Shown piece by piece: positions 23,171 to 26,083 of a stretch of DNA of 26,083 nt. Origin of the DNA: a virus. Its lineage: Duplodnaviria; Caudoviricetes. The notes under the pieces are model-generated. The model was not told the DNA's origin, made no database searches, and worked only from the letters and a program-made list of their open reading frames with translations. Each line of letters begins with the position of its first letter. Position 1 is the first letter of the stretch. Both the position numbers and the translations under genes were made by a program. The stretch covers positions 1 through 26,083 of IMG/VR virus record IMGVR_UViG_3300021082_000087, one strand, 5' to 3'.

Positions 23171-23878
23171 TTATGGAAAATAAACGGCCGCGATATGCCG
23201 GCTCAACGGCAGCGGAATCTTGGCGATCATCGCGCTGGCGGCTTTTCGGGCTTTGCTCTTGCCACCCATCGTTGCCAGGCTGTCCTTGCTGCGCGGCCCG
23301 TCGTTGAACCACTGCGTGCCGTTTGGTGCCTTGCGCCCCTGATGCACTGCTGTGTCGTTGAAAGCTCGGGCTACGTATCCCGCCTTATCGGAGCCGGACC
23401 AATTCAGCCCCGCCACCTTGGCTCGAGGTTTCGTCGTCGGCATCAGCGCCGGCACGTCGCCCCAGAGATAGAACGACCCGAAATTCCACCGTGCGCGGCC
23501 GACCCAAGGCTGCGCGCCGCGCACGTTCTCGACCACCAGCGGGATGCGCCGGCCGGCCGCCTCGCTGGCCTCGCGTTGAATACGAAAGCACGCATCAAAC
23601 AGCGTGTTATCCGGCGGCGGCAGCGCCTTTGCGCGCTTCCATGGCATCGCCCGGTAGCTGTAGGCCTGGCAGGGCGGCGAGGCGACGATCAGCGCGGCGT
23701 TGCGGAACTGCGAACCATGCAGCGTCAGCACGTCCTGAATGACAAGCTGCGCCGGGTAGCGGTGGTCGCCGTACTCGTGCCGCTCGATGTCGAAGCCGAC
23801 CACGTCATAGCCCTCGGCCAGCAGCCCCTCGGTCCAGCCGCCCAGCCCGCAAAACAGGTCGATGGCGAGAGGCTTCAT
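23171..23878 (-). CDS. Orphan C5-cytosine DNA methyltransferase-like protein (short form)
   Basis: Motif I DLFCGLGG, motif IV ASPPCQ, motif VI ENV; ATGA overlap with the terL stop. Confidence 0.85.
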   Translation of the reverse strand: MKPLAIDLFCGLGGWTEGLLAEGYDVVGFDIERHEYGDHRYPAQLVIQDVLTLHGSQFRNAALIVASPPCQAYSYRAMPWKRAKALPPPDNTLFDACFRIQREASEAAGRRIPLVVENVRGAQPWVGRARWNFGSFYLWGDVPALMPTTKPRAKVAGLNWSGSDKAGYVARAFNDTAVHQGRKAPNGTQWFNDGPRSKDSLATMGGKSKARKAASAMIAKIPLPLSRHIAAVYFP

Positions 23879-25410
23879 CCTATCCATGCCCGCTCGTCGA
23901 ACGTCTGCGCCGCGCCGTCATAGACGCAGAAGGCCGCCATCACGGCCGCCACCAACGGGTCGATCCGCAGCCGGCCCTTTTCCTTGTTCAACATCCGGTT
24001 GCCGGCCGGGTCGAGCTTCACGACGGCATTGGACGCCGCCATGGTCAGCAGCGGATGGCCGCCATGGCGCAGTCGCTTTTGCAGCAGCAGCGCCTCGAAG
24101 GCCTCCAGCTTTGGCGACATGCCGGAATAGGTCTGCGGCACCGCCTCCCAGGTGGCCGAGCCGCCGAAACCCACGTCGACCGCGCTCCTTTGGAAATCCT
24201 TGATCCTCCACCTGTCGAACGCCACGACGCCCGGCTCGATGCCCAGCGCCTCCAGCTCGCGCACCAGGTAGCCGGCGACGTAGTCGTATTCGATCACGCT
24301 GCCGGGCACCGGAATCAGGTAGCCATCCCTTGCCCACTGTTCATAGGGCGCACGGTCGCGTCGTGATCGCTCGCCCAGCGAGTCCAGCGGCGTGAATACG
24401 AACGGCAACAGGTGGACGGCGCCGCCGTCGTCATCCTCTGCTCGAGCAGCCAGCACCGCCGCCGTCAAGTCACCGCGGGCCGACAGGTCGAGGCCTATGG
24501 CCACGCTGTTGGAGCGAAAAACATCGAGGTCAGGCGCGCCGGCATTGTCGCGCCAAAGCGCCGGCGCGATAAAGAGGCTTTCCAAAGCAATTCGTTGATT
24601 CAGGAAAAGGTTTCTAAAGCTCGCCTCCTCGCTCGGCAGACGCTTTGCGCGCTCGGCCATCTGCGCGAGGTCGCCGGCGTCCCTGAAGATTCCAAGCGCC
24701 GGATTCGCCGCCGCCCACGCCGCCGGATCGTCCAGGGCGCAACCATTGGCGGCGCGGTACTCATGCACGACGATGGACGGGTCGCCGGAGCGCACGGCGT
24801 CGTCAATCCATATCGAAAACATCGACTGGTCGCTGCGCGCGCTGGTCGATATGCCGAACAGCAGCGGATGCGAGTAGGCACCTTGCGCCGTCGTGATGGC
24901 CTCGACGAACGGCGAGGTCTCGGCGTCGATCTGGCCAATCTCGTCGAGGATGGCGACCACCGGCGACAGGCCATGCGCGGCGCCGGCCTGGGCGCTTAAG
25001 GCCCTATACTCGGTATTGAGCGCGAGGCCTTTGATGCGCTTGCTCGATTCGACGATGTGCACCTCGCGCACCAGGCGCGGATTGAGCCGGATCATCTTCA
25101 CCGCGAGGTCGAACACCAGCGCCGCCTGCGCGCGCGTGAGGCCGCCGCTCACAATCTGCGAATTGCGCGCCGCCACCGGGCCTATCAGATGCGCCAGCAC
25201 CAGCATGGCGATCAACGTGGTCTTGGCGTTCTTGCGCGCCATCGACAGCAGCGCGCGCCGTGTGCCGTGCGGGTTGTCGTACACGTCGAGGATGAACTTG
25301 ACCTGGAACGGCGCCAGCTCGACCGGGCGGCCGACATGCTCGCCCTCCGGCACGCGGAGGTAGGTCGTGCAGAAGCGGACAACCTTTTCGCCGCGGGTTT
25401 CAGTCGTCAT
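23875..25410 (-). CDS. terL: Terminase large subunit
   Basis: L.PFQ, Walker A ARKNAKT, Walker B ILDE, coupling motif IST, nuclease GLDLS...D and IDPLVA. Confidence 0.96.
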   Translation of the reverse strand: MTTETRGEKVVRFCTTYLRVPEGEHVGRPVELAPFQVKFILDVYDNPHGTRRALLSMARKNAKTTLIAMLVLAHLIGPVAARNSQIVSGGLTRAQAALVFDLAVKMIRLNPRLVREVHIVESSKRIKGLALNTEYRALSAQAGAAHGLSPVVAILDEIGQIDAETSPFVEAITTAQGAYSHPLLFGISTSARSDQSMFSIWIDDAVRSGDPSIVVHEYRAANGCALDDPAAWAAANPALGIFRDAGDLAQMAERAKRLPSEEASFRNLFLNQRIALESLFIAPALWRDNAGAPDLDVFRSNSVAIGLDLSARGDLTAAVLAARAEDDDGGAVHLLPFVFTPLDSLGERSRRDRAPYEQWARDGYLIPVPGSVIEYDYVAGYLVRELEALGIEPGVVAFDRWRIKDFQRSAVDVGFGGSATWEAVPQTYSGMSPKLEAFEALLLQKRLRHGGHPLLTMAASNAVVKLDPAGNRMLNKEKGRLRIDPLVAAVMAAFCVYDGAAQTFDERAWIG

Positions 25411-25502
25411 CGCAGCCACCGCATCACCAGCCACGCCGCGAGGCCGGCCACGACGGCCGCAGTCGGCGGAATCCACCATGAACCGCCCAGGGCCGAGTCC
25501 AT
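25407..25502 (-). CDS. 31-aa single-TM micro-protein between terS and terL (not in the ORF track)
   Basis: MDSALGGSWWIPPTAAVVAGLAAWLVMRWLR; TGATG overlap with the terS stop and ATGA overlap with the terL start. Confidence 0.65.
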   Translation of the reverse strand: MDSALGGSWWIPPTAAVVAGLAAWLVMRWLR

Positions 25503-25966
25503 CAGTTCACGACCGCCCCGGCCAGCAGGTCGTCGGCTTTCGGCTCGACCTGTTGCAGCTCTGCGCGGACCTGGGCGTCGTTGGCGATGATCTTGGAATC
25601 GGCAATCACGCGACTCAATCCCAGGTGGCGCGATAGCTGGCCAATGGCAGCGTGCAGCCTGTCGGCCAGCGCCGCGTCGCCGCCCTGCCCTTCCATGAGG
25701 CGCTGCGATTCGCGCTCCCAGCCCATCAGCGCACGCGCCAACAGGGCGATCCGGCCGGCGTCGGTCGCCTGCCAGCCTTCCGGCGTGCGGTGCCTGGCGA
25801 TGCCGTCATACCAAACCAGCGCGCGCCGCCGGTCGCGGGTCAATCCAGGCAAATCAACCAGGTCGCGCGGCCACGCCGGATAGCGGGTCGATGCCGCCGC
25901 GGTCAGCGCCATTGCCTTGCCGGTCGCGGTCTGACTCTGAGGCTTGCGAGGTCGTCTGGCGGTCAT
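25502..25966 (-). CDS. terS: Terminase small subunit (putative)
   Basis: First gene after the genome end and upstream of terL; AGGAGA SD; basic N-terminus and L.R.LGL motif. Confidence 0.75.
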   Translation of the reverse strand: MTARRPRKPQSQTATGKAMALTAAASTRYPAWPRDLVDLPGLTRDRRRALVWYDGIARHRTPEGWQATDAGRIALLARALMGWERESQRLMEGQGGDAALADRLHAAIGQLSRHLGLSRVIADSKIIANDAQVRAELQQVEPKADDLLAGAVVN

Positions 25967-25997
25967 CTGAAATCTCCTGTTTTCGTGTCAAGCGCCA

Positions 25998-26033
25998 AGA
26001 TGGTCGGATATTCGGTCAGATGGTCGGATATTC
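25998..26033. repeat. Perfect 16-bp direct repeat AGATGGTCGGATATTC (25998-26013 and 26018-26033)
   Basis: Seen directly; period 20 bp, between the genome end and terS. Confidence 0.9.
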
Positions 26034-26083
26034 ATAAAACGCACGCCGGCCTGCATTTTGTGGCCTGAAGTTTCTGCGATTGG

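Larger units (their letters stand above)
1..26083. mobile_element. Near-complete temperate siphovirus genome (HK97-like head, lambda-like tail tip), linearised at the presumed cos site
   Basis: Packaging, head, neck, tail, immunity and replication genes are present, with no host genes. The two ends fall in the HNH-terS intergenic region. Confidence 0.9.

Noticed and set aside
1-26083. Gene transfer agent or phage satellite
   Set aside because: It has its own immunity switch, initiator, HNH/cos-type packaging genes and a full head and tail set, unlike GTAs or helper-dependent satellites. No tRNA or rRNA genes were seen either.

Overview
The window looks like an essentially complete, very small (~26.1 kb) GC-rich temperate siphophage genome with an HK97-type head and a lambda-like tail tip, probably of a proteobacterial host. 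It is linearised between the HNH gene and the terminase small subunit, where cos is expected. A compact cI/cro switch with five 18-bp operators (CAATAC-N6-GTATTG) drives two arms. The rightward early arm (1947-7013) holds a ParB/DGQHR-like protein, a DUF3102-like protein, a lipoprotein, a Tudor-like mini-protein, RecT and hypotheticals. The leftward arm runs cro, YdaU-type replication initiator, HNH, [cos], terS, terL, C5-MTase, protease, capsid, portal, neck, tail, tape measure, tail tip and two fibres. I recognise no integrase, endolysin or spanin, helicase loader or Q-type late regulator. Where the arms converge, the usual int/attP position, there is a 29-bp dif-like XerC/XerD site. The best candidate for a new system is therefore an integrase-less tailed phage that uses host XerCD, either for integration at dif or for plasmid-prophage dimer resolution. 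Other observations: small membrane proteins in place of a lysis cassette (one not in the ORF track), a possible CGA-AAG -1 frameshift fusing protease and capsid, and fibre modules bounded by identical 23-24 nt repeats. All family assignments come from motif recognition by eye, not database searches.
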